Shown: one piece after another, positions 48,777-58,800 of the stretch | Layout of the letters: each line of letters begins with the position of its first letter | Position numbering within the stretch: position 1 is the first letter of the stretch | Assembly (NCBI GenBank): GCA_023267655.1 | Contig: JAHFMV010000003.1 | Span: forward strand, 16,522 to 80,521 | Direction: 5' to 3' | DNA length: 64,000 nt | From: Candidatus Kaiserbacteria bacterium | GTDB taxonomy: Bacteria > Patescibacteriota > Minisyncoccia > Phycocordibacterales > UBA2100 | Program-made: the position numbers and the translations under genes | Notes under the pieces: model-generated | Seen by the model: the letters and a program-made list of their open reading frames with translations, nothing else | The model's database searches: none | Told to the model about the DNA's origin: nothing

Positions 48777-49631
48777 GTGCGCTTACTTATGCGTGGGTCA
48801 TCGCCCATTCTTGTTACGGCCGCACTTTCACTTGCGGTCTTACTTCTCGCTCTTGGCGTGCACCTTGGTGCACGTGCGCATACGGCGCGCGCTATCATCG
48901 ATCCAAACCGCGCACTTGCGACACTGCCGACGTATCTCACGATCGATGATCGAAACGGCAACGGTATTCCTGATTGGCAAGACGAACTCACCCACAGTGG
49001 TATCGCTGCGAGCACGAGCACCGATTCAAACACTCTCGCTACTGCGGATCCGCTCACAGCACTCGCCAATCAAGTCGCGGGCGCACTCTATGGCGGATAC
49101 CTCTCGCTTAAACAAAACGGTGAATACTCGTCTGCGCGCGCAGCAACGCTCGGGACAAACATCGCGACAAACCTCCAAGCGCCGGATACGTTCGTTCCGC
49201 ACACGGTGGACGACCTCACGATCGACGAGGACACGACAGAGGCGCGCATTTTAAAATACCGCGCCGATTTGCGCGTCGCACTCGCCCCGATGGTGACTGA
49301 TGATCCGCCAGAAATTGAATACTTTGCGAGCTATGTCGTGACGAAAGATCCTTCGTGGATTACGAAACTCTCCGATGCCGCGGCGAGGTACGCAGCCGCG
49401 GAGAAAAATATGCTCACGGTGAGTGTGCCGAAAGATGGTGTGCCGGAACATTTGCGCGCGCTCAATGCGCTTGGCGCATATGCGAGCACCCTGAATCGCA
49501 TGCCGCCGTATATGAACGATACGTTCGCCTCGCTCGCCCTCTTGAAGACTTTAAACGCCGACGAAGAAGACATGCTCCGCTCGTTTGATGCCCTTGCACA
49601 ATATTATGTACGCACTGTCGCAACAAAATAA
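48777..49631 (+). CDS. hypothetical membrane-anchored protein with DxNxNGIPDW motif
   Basis: TATACT-N6-GTG; DDRNGNGIPDWQ. Confidence 0.75.
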   Translation: MRLLMRGSSPILVTAALSLAVLLLALGVHLGARAHTARAIIDPNRALATLPTYLTIDDRNGNGIPDWQDELTHSGIAASTSTDSNTLATADPLTALANQVAGALYGGYLSLKQNGEYSSARAATLGTNIATNLQAPDTFVPHTVDDLTIDEDTTEARILKYRADLRVALAPMVTDDPPEIEYFASYVVTKDPSWITKLSDAAARYAAAEKNMLTVSVPKDGVPEHLRALNALGAYASTLNRMPPYMNDTFASLALLKTLNADEEDMLRSFDALAQYYVRTVATK

Positions 49632-51234
49632 ATATTTCCTGTGGGCATCGGTCGCAGCGATTGCGATCATTCTCTTTTCTGCCTCCACAGCTTTTGCGGT
49701 TGACCCCGCGGTCGGAACACCACCAACGCAAACCACACCGACACAATCATCTGGCACGCTCTCGCGCGATGGCGTGTTCGGCTGCCGCGCGGCGCAATAC
49801 GCGAACATCGGCACCTTGACCGCGATCGGCGGCGTGTATGTGCCGGTGAACGACGCTGCGGTCACGCTGAATACCGGCTATTTGGTGTATAAGGAATGTG
49901 TGCTTGATGGTGTGGTATCGGCCATCAAAAATAGCGAGGTTGCGGACTTGCAGGCCGCGGCGCAGAGGGCGACTGAGACGAGTCGCGGCGGAAATGCACA
50001 GTACTTGCGGAATTTTGAGAAAGACTTGCGGCCACAACTTGATCAAATCATCGTTGAAGCTGTCACAGCTGCAAAGTCCGGCAGTATGTGCAATGCATTT
50101 AAAAATACGGTGCCAACTGCTGTCGCCCGTAGCTACTATCAGGGCTCGCGCCAACCAGGAGACGAGCAGCTCTGCCCGTTTGTGCAATCGGACGCAGAGC
50201 GGCAAGCACTGGTCAGCGGTTCTTCACCTGTAAATTGGAGTTCATTCAACTCACTAATACAGCCGGGCGGCTACGAGATCAGCGAATACTACCTGCTCAA
50301 AGCCCAGACCGAATCGCAGATGGCAACCTATGATTACAATATTCGCGAACAGCTTGGGTGGGGAAATGGCTTCTTTCCTGCGTTTGATACCGCCTCAAAT
50401 CCGCTCGCAAAGAACGTGATCACTCCCGGCTTTACGATTGCACAATCGTTGCAACGCCTCCTCAGCGCCGGCACAGACATTCTCGTGAATGCAAATGAGA
50501 TCGACCAAGTGAATGGTGCACTGCAAGCGGGCTTACAGAGCACGATAGTCTCCGACACCATCCGCGGGCTCTCGGGTCTCGCTCGTTCGCAAAATGGACA
50601 GCCGTCGTATCTCGATCGCATGACCGCAGAGGCGTCATCTGCCGTGCGCGCAAGCGCAGTAAATGCGGCGCTTTCGATTCTCTCGGCAGCACGCCAAGTC
50701 GAGACGCTGTATAAGGCTGCAAAAGAAGCAATCGCACAGGCACTCACCGACGCCATCAATAAACTCCGTGGTGCAGAAACTACATGCTGGGGATTGATCG
50801 TGCCAAAGGTAAAAGAACAAGCAGCAAATCAGGGCATATCGCTGCGCATCGCGACCACCACCGAATTCTCACAAAAAGTCATCGACGAAAACATTCAACC
50901 GCTCGCAACCGTGACCGTGCGCGATTTGCGCATCTCAACCGACGCGCTGAATCTCATCAACCAACTCATCGCGAGCGTGACGAACACCTCATCGACCGCG
51001 GCACAGCGCGCGGCGCTCGAGCGGCTCGATAGTTTGGTCGCGAATAACCAACTGCACAGTTCGTCGGAAGCACAGACTGCACAAAAACAGAAGGATGATG
51101 TGACGACGGCGATCGGTACGCTCGTCGATTCAACCCTCAAAGATTGGGGCGATTCAACGGATACGTCGGTCGGCTGGTGCAATGTGAACAACCCCGATGT
51201 CATTACGATGTGGTTGAATAAGTGGAAAATATAG
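49606..51234 (+). CDS. secreted helical protein in T4SS-like locus
   Basis: Signal peptide AFA|VD, several Cys, EQLGWGNGF, TPG motifs. Confidence 0.75.
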   Translation: MYALSQQNKYFLWASVAAIAIILFSASTAFAVDPAVGTPPTQTTPTQSSGTLSRDGVFGCRAAQYANIGTLTAIGGVYVPVNDAAVTLNTGYLVYKECVLDGVVSAIKNSEVADLQAAAQRATETSRGGNAQYLRNFEKDLRPQLDQIIVEAVTAAKSGSMCNAFKNTVPTAVARSYYQGSRQPGDEQLCPFVQSDAERQALVSGSSPVNWSSFNSLIQPGGYEISEYYLLKAQTESQMATYDYNIREQLGWGNGFFPAFDTASNPLAKNVITPGFTIAQSLQRLLSAGTDILVNANEIDQVNGALQAGLQSTIVSDTIRGLSGLARSQNGQPSYLDRMTAEASSAVRASAVNAALSILSAARQVETLYKAAKEAIAQALTDAINKLRGAETTCWGLIVPKVKEQAANQGISLRIATTTEFSQKVIDENIQPLATVTVRDLRISTDALNLINQLIASVTNTSSTAAQRAALERLDSLVANNQLHSSSEAQTAQKQKDDVTTAIGTLVDSTLKDWGDSTDTSVGWCNVNNPDVITMWLNKWKI

Positions 51235-51235
51235 T

Positions 51236-53458
51236 ATGCACACACTCACAACACTACGCACATCGCCGATTGCAAGACTCCTCGTCGTCATCTTCTTGTG
51301 CATGACGCTTTTCAGTCTCTCGCTTCCGATGGTGGTGTTTGCGCAGACGACAGACGATGGTTCGGGTACAGTGGCTCCGACTCCCGCGGGGTCGCAGACA
51401 CCGCCTACGGATCGTTGTGCGTGGTATAGCTCGTGGTCGAGTCCAGTTACGTGTATTTTTCGCGCACTATTTGTCGGAAGTTCCTCGGGTTTAATCTGGT
51501 TAACAGGCTGGATCCTTGGAATTGCTGGCGTGCTTTTTAATGCAGCGCTTGAATTTACGACGCAGGGATTTGATTCGCAGATTTACGCAAAAATACAAGG
51601 AGGCATTGAGGCCGTTTGGACGGCGTTTCGCGATATCGCCAATATCCTCATTATTGGAATGTTCACGTTTACCGCACTCACCATGATTCTCGGCATTGAA
51701 TCGTTCAACGCAAAGAAAATGGTCGCGAAAGTTCTCCTCATCGCCGTTCTCATCAACTTTAGTCTCCTATTCACGCGACTTGTCATTGCGTCATCGAATT
51801 TTGTCGCGGTACAATTTTACAAGGCTGCGAAATTCGACACGAGTACCTCTCTAGCATCAGCGCAATCGGTAGCTGGCCAAACATCCCCATACAATCAATT
51901 TTCTGCGGGTATTTCTGGAAAATTTGCACAATTGATGGGGGTTGCTGGGTTTAGTGATTCTGCCGGGGCGCTCTGGGAAATTGCGCAAAAACAAGACAGT
52001 GGCTTACTTGCACTTGGCCAGGGTGTCTTGACCGCATTGATTTTTACCGGAGCGGCATTGGTATTTCTCTACGCATCATTTCTCCTTATCGCGCGAGCAA
52101 TTCTTTTTGTGCTGCTACTCATAACGTCTTCATTGGCATTTGCAGCGCACTTACTGCCCAGCAAGATCACCATGGGATACGATGGTTGGAGCGCGTGGTG
52201 GAGTTCTCTCCTTAAAAACGCGGTCTTCGGCCCGATGCTACTTATCCTTCTGTGGGCAACGATCCAACTAGGTGAGGGTATACGAGCAACAAACAGTACT
52301 TTGGGATCGCTTCTTGTTGATCCCGCAAAAGGAGGTGGTATCAATGCGCTCTTCAGTTATCTCCTTATCCTCGGCATGTTGTACGCTTCAATTAAGATCG
52401 CAAGTATGTTTGCAAATAAGGTTGGTGGATTCAATTGGGCAGCTGTTGCACCAGCCTGGACAGCAAACAAGATTATGGGATTTGGGGGATTTGGTGCTCG
52501 ACAAACAGTGGGTCGAGGTGGCGCATGGGTGGATAAAACCTTGACATCCCGTGCGGCTGCCCAGCCTGACACTTTCGGCGGTAAAATGCGCCGCAGTTTG
52601 CTTCAAATTGGAGCTTCAGCCGGAGCTGCGGCCACTAAACGCGACTTTAACTTGGCAAAGACAAAAGTCGGTGCAGAGCTCGGTGCCGTAAGTGGCCTTA
52701 AGATAGGGAAAGAAAAGGCGCTCGGTGGATTCGATGGAACAGAAAAGCGACGTGCAGAAGCATTCGCAGAACAGGGTGAAAAATTCGCGAAAGCGGCGAA
52801 AGATTTGAGCGCTGATACGAAAAAACAAATTGCGTTGCAAGGTAATCCTGAACTTCGCGATCGCTCAGAACGCGCAGACGCAAACCACGGACAAGCGGAT
52901 CGAGATAACCAAGCAAATCAACAAAGGGCGATGCAGCTTGCTGACGATCATCGTCGCGCAGTTCAAAATGAGGAGACGTTACGCACGAACGTTGAGCAAT
53001 TACGTTTGGACCGACAACAAATGGAACAGGACGTCCGTGCTGGCAGGCGACAACAATCAGAACTTGATGAGCAAGATAATCGTATTCGTGATACTCAATC
53101 TCGCATCATCGATTCGAGACAACGAAATTCTACGCTCCAGAGACAAGTTGATGATGCTCGGCGTACGGCAAATGAATCTCAACAAGCATTCACTCAAGCC
53201 GCGAGAAACGTGCAGAATGTTACGAAAGAGATTGAGGATCGCTTTAGCGCAGGTGGATTTGCCGAAAATCTCGCTTATAATCGCTTGAGCAACACGCTGC
53301 TGAAGCCCGCTGACGCAAAAGATGACGCATTGGCCCAGAGAGCACGTGCGGCAACTGGCGATCGTGCCCGCAAAAAACGTTTGCGTGACGCGTTAGCAGA
53401 CGACGTTCGAGACACGACGAGAGAATTCCAACCGCCACCAGCCCCAACAAACCATTAA
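51236..53458 (+). CDS. VirB6/TrbL-like polytopic membrane protein with coiled-coil tail
   Basis: WTAFRDIANI, LIAVLINFSL, multiple TMs, R/Q/D-rich C-terminus; operonic with prgI and virB4. Confidence 0.7.
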   Translation: MHTLTTLRTSPIARLLVVIFLCMTLFSLSLPMVVFAQTTDDGSGTVAPTPAGSQTPPTDRCAWYSSWSSPVTCIFRALFVGSSSGLIWLTGWILGIAGVLFNAALEFTTQGFDSQIYAKIQGGIEAVWTAFRDIANILIIGMFTFTALTMILGIESFNAKKMVAKVLLIAVLINFSLLFTRLVIASSNFVAVQFYKAAKFDTSTSLASAQSVAGQTSPYNQFSAGISGKFAQLMGVAGFSDSAGALWEIAQKQDSGLLALGQGVLTALIFTGAALVFLYASFLLIARAILFVLLLITSSLAFAAHLLPSKITMGYDGWSAWWSSLLKNAVFGPMLLILLWATIQLGEGIRATNSTLGSLLVDPAKGGGINALFSYLLILGMLYASIKIASMFANKVGGFNWAAVAPAWTANKIMGFGGFGARQTVGRGGAWVDKTLTSRAAAQPDTFGGKMRRSLLQIGASAGAAATKRDFNLAKTKVGAELGAVSGLKIGKEKALGGFDGTEKRRAEAFAEQGEKFAKAAKDLSADTKKQIALQGNPELRDRSERADANHGQADRDNQANQQRAMQLADDHRRAVQNEETLRTNVEQLRLDRQQMEQDVRAGRRQQSELDEQDNRIRDTQSRIIDSRQRNSTLQRQVDDARRTANESQQAFTQAARNVQNVTKEIEDRFSAGGFAENLAYNRLSNTLLKPADAKDDALAQRARAATGDRARKKRLRDALADDVRDTTREFQPPPAPTNH

Positions 53459-53462
53459 TTAT

Positions 53463-54077
53463 ATGTCCGACGATAAGAAAACTTTGGATGTTGAACTAAA
53501 GGAACGCTTTGCTCAACTTCCTAAAGTTGTACAAAATGCAATTACCTCAGCAGAGGTTGAAAAATTACTGCGGAGCTTGGCTGATACTCAAAAATTACAT
53601 TTGGATCAGTGGCAATCCTTGGAAAACGAAGTCATGATGGCGTTACTGGGCGTACAACCCATTGGAAATTTACAAGAAAACATCGGTAAGGAAGTTGGGG
53701 TGAGCGCTGATGTAGCTAAAACGCTCGCAGAAAATATCAACAAAATCGTCTTCGAACCCATTCGCCAAGAACTCGAACGCCAGCTAGAGCATCCGGAGGC
53801 GCAAGCGAAGCAGGTGAGTACCATTGAGGCGGCGCGGGCAGAGACGCTTGCGGGGGCGCAGCCGGCAGCCGGGAGCCAGCAGCCGGGAGCTAATTCAGAA
53901 TCCGCTCCGAGCTCCGGGCTACAGGCTCCAAGCTCGGTTCTACCGGCAACACCACCATCGCTCGTGCCTGACATAAAAGTCACGCGCCCCTCTGAATCAA
54001 CCGCCTATAAACCGGGCGAACCATCAACACAGCGCGCCGCGGTGCACGACGACCCGTATCGGGAGCCGCCACTCTAG
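53463..54077 (+). CDS. hypothetical protein with C-terminal DPYREP motif
   Basis: Helical N-domain, low-complexity linker, HDDPYREPPL end. Confidence 0.75.
   Translation: MSDDKKTLDVELKERFAQLPKVVQNAITSAEVEKLLRSLADTQKLHLDQWQSLENEVMMALLGVQPIGNLQENIGKEVGVSADVAKTLAENINKIVFEPIRQELERQLEHPEAQAKQVSTIEAARAETLAGAQPAAGSQQPGANSESAPSSGLQAPSSVLPATPPSLVPDIKVTRPSESTAYKPGEPSTQRAAVHDDPYREPPL
53860..53934. repeat. inverted 7-bp repeat pair inside a CDS (AGCCGGG/GCTCCGG type)
   Basis: AGCCGGC AGCCGGG AGCCAGC AGCCGGG ... GCTCCGA GCTCCGG GCTACAG GCTCCAA. Confidence 0.65.
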
Positions 54078-54510
54078 GTGACAGGTTCCAGGTGTCAGGT
54101 TTTAGGGAAAATACATGGATAAAATTCGATCGTACAAAGATCTTATTGTTTGGCAGAAAGCGATTGGCGTTGTCACTGACGTGTATCTAACGACCAAGAA
54201 ATTTCCTTCAGAAGAGCGATTTGGACTTTCTTCACAAATGCAACGCGCGGCTGTTTCGATAGCTGCAAACATTGCAGAAGGACACGGGCGTGGAACACGA
54301 AGTGACTATGCTCACTTTTTGGATATGTCAAATGGCTCGGTATCCGAATTGGAGACGCTCTTCATCATTGTCAGAAAACTATCATATTGTTCGGACGAAC
54401 AATGTAGTAAAATAGAAGGACAGTTACATGAAGTTGGGAAGATGCTTGGATCTCTCCGAAGTAAGTTACGTGTTCGCCCCTAGCACCTAGAACCTAACAC
54501 CTGGAACCTA
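54075..54510. mobile_element. inverted heptad arms (GGTTCCA/TAGAACC type) enclosing a four-helix-bundle gene
   Basis: TAGGTGACAGGTTCCAGGTGTCAGGTTTTAGG ... CCTAGCACCTAGAACCTAACACCTGGAACCTA; mobility is inferred. Confidence 0.6.
54115..54483 (+). CDS. four helix bundle protein (23S rRNA IVS-like, Avd-related fold)
   Basis: SYKDLIVWQKA...FPSEERFGLSSQMQRAAVSIAANIAEG. Confidence 0.93.
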   Translation: MDKIRSYKDLIVWQKAIGVVTDVYLTTKKFPSEERFGLSSQMQRAAVSIAANIAEGHGRGTRSDYAHFLDMSNGSVSELETLFIIVRKLSYCSDEQCSKIEGQLHEVGKMLGSLRSKLRVRP

Positions 54511-54515
54511 ATTCT

Positions 54516-55022
54516 ATGCAATTCCAAGTTCCCCAGTTCATTGAGGTCGAGGACAAGATCTTTGGGCCTCTCACCTTCAAACAATTCGTCTACATCGCAG
54601 GAGGCGCCGGCTGCGGCTATCTGCTGTGGCGCGTTCTTCCTATTTACCTCGCCGCCCCCCTTATCGCCGGCGTCGTCGGCCTCGGCGCGGGGTTGGCCTT
54701 CTTCAAATACAACGGCCAGCCCTTTATCCTCGCCCTCGAGCATGGTTTTTTCTTCTTTGTACGCAGCAAGCTCTACCTCTGGAGCAATGAAGTGCGCGAT
54801 ACTACGAAAAAGAAAGATCTCGCGGCACAAATAGCCGCTCCCGCAGCACAGATTTACGTCCCGAAGCTCTCCGACGGCAAGCTGCACGAGCTCGCGTGGA
54901 GTCTCGACATCAAAGAGCGCATCGCAGGAGGAACTGCCGATGACGACGAGCGCGCAGACAGCTCACCACTGAAGGGCATCATCGCGCCCGTCCGTACCGC
55001 GCGTGAGGCGCTCATTAACTAG
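54516..55022 (+). CDS. PrgI family protein
   Basis: QFQVPQFIEVEDKIFGPLTFKQF, two TMs. Confidence 0.85.
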   Translation: MQFQVPQFIEVEDKIFGPLTFKQFVYIAGGAGCGYLLWRVLPIYLAAPLIAGVVGLGAGLAFFKYNGQPFILALEHGFFFFVRSKLYLWSNEVRDTTKKKDLAAQIAAPAAQIYVPKLSDGKLHELAWSLDIKERIAGGTADDDERADSSPLKGIIAPVRTAREALIN

Positions 55023-55113
55023 CCAATAGCCACTAGGTATTTGCCACTAGAAAATGCATATGAATCCAAAAATTTCCTTAATGTATTGGCCAGTGGCTAG
55101 TCGCTAGTGGCTA
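55019..55113. repeat. inverted 7-bp repeat pair (TAGCCAC type)
   Basis: CTAGCCAATAGCCACTAGG ... TATTGGCCAGTGGCTAGTCGCTAGTGGCTA. Confidence 0.8.
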
Positions 55114-55125
55114 ATAACTATTTTT

Positions 55126-55800
55126 ATGCCTGAAACCGTCACCTCAACAAAGCCGACCAGCAAATCGACACAGCAATTTGTGCCGGTTTCCGAAGTGCGC
55201 GACGGTATCTTGATCCTCAAGGACAAGAGCCTGCGTGCGATCCTTCTTGCGTCGTCGATCAATTTTGCGCTTAAATCTGAAGACGAACAGACGGCGTTTA
55301 TCGTGCAATTCCAAAACTTTCTCAACTCGCTCGACTTTTCGTGCGAAATTTTCGTGCAATCGCGCATGCTCGACATCCGCCCGTACATTGCATCCCTCGA
55401 GGTCGCCTACAAAGGGCAGCTCGACGACCTTATGCGCATCCAAATTCGCGAATACATCGAATTCATCAAGAGCTTTACCGAGGCCGCGAACATCATGACG
55501 AAAAATTTCTTCGTCGTCGTCCCGTATTCGTCGACGGCGATTTCGCTTTCCGGCAGTGGCGGCATCGCGGGGAAATTACCGTTTGGACGCAAAAAAAATA
55601 CGGCAGAGGATGCGAACCGTTCGTTTGAAGAGCAGGTCTCACAGCTTGAGCAACGCATTTCGATCGTGCAGCAGGGTCTCGTGCGCTGCGGCGTACGCAC
55701 CGTGCAGCTTGGAACCGAAGAGGCGATCGAACTGATGTACAAACTCTTCAACCCGGGCGAAGAAGGGAAGCCGATGACGCTGGATGCAGGTGCCAGGTGA
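55126..55800 (+). CDS. VirB4/TraE N-terminal-like protein
   Basis: STQQFV...DGILIL...INFALKSEDEQ...FLNSLDF; lies between prgI and the ATPase. Confidence 0.75.
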   Translation: MPETVTSTKPTSKSTQQFVPVSEVRDGILILKDKSLRAILLASSINFALKSEDEQTAFIVQFQNFLNSLDFSCEIFVQSRMLDIRPYIASLEVAYKGQLDDLMRIQIREYIEFIKSFTEAANIMTKNFFVVVPYSSTAISLSGSGGIAGKLPFGRKKNTAEDANRSFEEQVSQLEQRISIVQQGLVRCGVRTVQLGTEEAIELMYKLFNPGEEGKPMTLDAGAR

Positions 55801-55880
55801 CAGGTTCCAGGTTACAGTAAAATATAAATACAATACATCATATGAATTTCCTAGAACCTAACACCTGGAACCTGTAACCT
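55787..55880. repeat. inverted 7-bp repeat pair (GGTTCCA/TGGAACC type)
   Basis: CAGGTGCCAGGTGACAGGTTCCAGGTTACAG ... CCTAGAACCTAACACCTGGAACCTGTAACCT. Confidence 0.85.
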
Positions 55881-55881
55881 T

Positions 55882-58800
55882 ATGGCTTTATTGGATCTTT
55901 TCAAAAAATCTTCGGTCCCCGCGGCGACGGTGCTGCCGGTCCTTCCGGAAGAAATCTACCGCACTGGCGTCCTCGGCCTCCAGGACGTGATCGCACCGCA
56001 CGCACTTCGCGTCTCGCCGCGCGAGCTCGACCTTGGCGAAAAAATCGCGCGCACGTTTTTTGTGATCTCATACCCGCGCTTCCTCACGACGGGGTGGTTT
56101 GCGCCGATCATCAACATGGACAAGGTGCTCGACATCGCGATTTTCATCCATCCGATGGACACGAACGAAATGCTGCGCAAATTTCAGAAAAAAGTCGCCG
56201 AGGTGCAAAGTCAGATCGCGACGCGTGAGGAAAAGGGGATGGTGCGCGACCCAATGCTCGATACCGCATATCAAGACCTCGAAAAATTGCGCGACTCTCT
56301 GCAACAAGCGCAGGAACGCATTTTTGATGTCGGACTCTACCTCACGATCTACGGCTCGAGCCGCGAAGAAATAGATAAGGTAGAGAGCGAAATCCGCTCG
56401 ATCCTCGAGAGCCGCCTCGTGTACATCCGCCCGGCACTTTTCCAGCAAGAACAAGGCTTCCGCTCGACGCTCCCGATTGCGACCGATGAATTAAACGTCC
56501 ACACGAAACTCAATTCGGCGCCGCTCTCGTCCATCTTCCCGTTTATTTCATTCGACCTAACGTCCGACAGGGGAATCCTTTACGGCATCAACCGCCACAA
56601 TTCGTCACTTATTTTGTTCGATCGATTTTCTTTGGAGAATTATAATTCGGTCACTTTCGCAAAGTCGGGAGCAGGTAAGAGCGTCTGCTACGAAGAGCCC
56701 GTTTTGACACGTGAAAGCGGAATCATACGTTATGCGCCAATTGGTCAAGTGGTGGAAAAAACTATTAAAAAACATGGTTGCAGAAAGATTGACGACGAGT
56801 TAGAGGGAGTTATCGATCCGGGTATTGAAGTGTTCAGTTTTGATCAAGACATGCGGGGGCGTTGGAGTAAAGTATCGGTCGCTGCACGAAAAGATGCCCC
56901 AGATACATACTACGCATTCAGGACAAAAAGCGGCCGCGAGGTAACAACTACTGCTGATCACAACATGCTAGTCTTACGACGCGGGAAAGTTATTGCCGCG
57001 AAAAGTGAAAATGTGAAAGAGGGAGAGTATATTCCTCTGCCGCGCAGCGTGCATCCATCCCTGCACTCCCCCCGTCATATAGGATCTAGCCTCTTGCCGG
57101 TAACAGAACATCTCAGTTCTGTCCTTGGTTGGATCGCAGCAGAAGGGACTATCGCGAAACGCTCGATCATTATCAGCAACACCGATCAGGAATCACTGTC
57201 ACACATTGAAAATGAATGTCGAGCCCTCGGTTTTTCCTGCGGCAGCAACAAGCGGTGGGTTGCCATTTATGGCAAACGTGTCTGTGAACAGCTAAAAGCC
57301 CTTGGCGCAACGGGAAAATCCGGTACTAAAACAGTCCCCGGATTTCTTTTTAACACGTCGCGCGATGTGGTCGCCTCATACCTGCAAGCGTATTTCGAAG
57401 GTGATGGCGGTGTAGAAAATCACGAAATTACTGCGCTTTCAAAGTCGAAAGAGCTGATATCAGGGCTTTCGTATTTGTTGTACTACTTCGGCATTATTGC
57501 GCGGATACAGAAGCGGCAGAAGAAATACGCGAAGACGGGACGCAAAAGGACATTCTGGATGCTTAGCATTTCAGGTCAGGATAATATCCGGAAATTCCAA
57601 GAGCACATCGGCTTTATTTCGACGCGAAAAAAGGAGGCCCTCGCGAAAATCGCCGTTAAAAACGGAAATACCAACTGCGATATCGTGCCGGGACTACAAC
57701 CGCTTGCGAAAGAGCTTGAACTCCTTTTCGATACGCAGCTGTCGGACATATCCGACTTCTCCGCGCTCAAGCAGGGTCACGGCCTCTCGCCGACTCGGCT
57801 CGGAACACTTGTCGATACAATGGAGGCGCGCGTGCGGCGGTTCAAGGACTTGTATCCTTTCATGCAGAAATTGCAGGATCTGCCGACTGTTGAAGCGATT
57901 ATCAAAAAAGCTGATGGAGATCGCGATTTGAATCACAGGCTTATTGAAACAATGAGCAGCTCATGGTTTACGGTCAAGCAAGGAATGCCACCACGAACGA
58001 AAAATGCGCTGAAAATCTTTGAAACTGCAGGTGTCGAAGCTCCAAAAACCATCGACGAATTAAAGGGGATGGTGGAGAGCGGCGTCTCGAATTTGCGCGT
58101 CCCGAGGAGCGATTTTGATGAGTACCTTACGAGATCCCTGCATGGTACTCGCGACAATTCGTCGTACGAACTCCTACGCACCGCATCACAATTTATTTTT
58201 TGGGAGTACCGCCGCACGCTACACAACTTGCATCGCGTCGAAGAAATCATCGCTATGTTTAAGACGCTCGTGAACGCCGACCTTTTCTGGGATCCGATTG
58301 TTTCTATCGTGAAAAAGGCCAACAAAAAAGACAAGTATGTATACGACCTCACCGTTGACGACGAAGTGTTCCTCGCGGGACACGGCGGCATGTTCGTGCA
58401 CAATTCATATACGACGAAGCTTGAGATTCTGCGCTCTTTAATGTTCGATACGGAAGTCATCGTCATCGACCCGGAACGCGAATACGAATATCTCGCGACG
58501 ACCGTCGGCGGCCGCTACTTCAACATTTCACTCTCCTCCGAACACCATATCAATCCGTTTGATCTCCCCATCCCACGTGAAGACGAGAACCCCGGCGACA
58601 TTTTGCGCAACAACATCATTACGCTCGTTGGCCTCTTCCGCATCATGCTCGGCGGACTTACGCCAGAAGAGGACGCCGTCATCGACAAGGCGATTACGGA
58701 AACCTACGCACTCAAAGACATTACGCAAGACGCGAATTTCGCCTCTATCGAGCCGCCGCTCCTCTCCGACTTTGAACTGGTCTTAAGCGGCATGGAAGGA

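Noticed and set aside
7140-54483. Diversity-generating retroelement suggested by Avd-like genes
   Set aside because: No reverse transcriptase and no TR/VR pair with adenine-specific mismatches was seen; the tig duplicate differs at silent positions, not at adenines.
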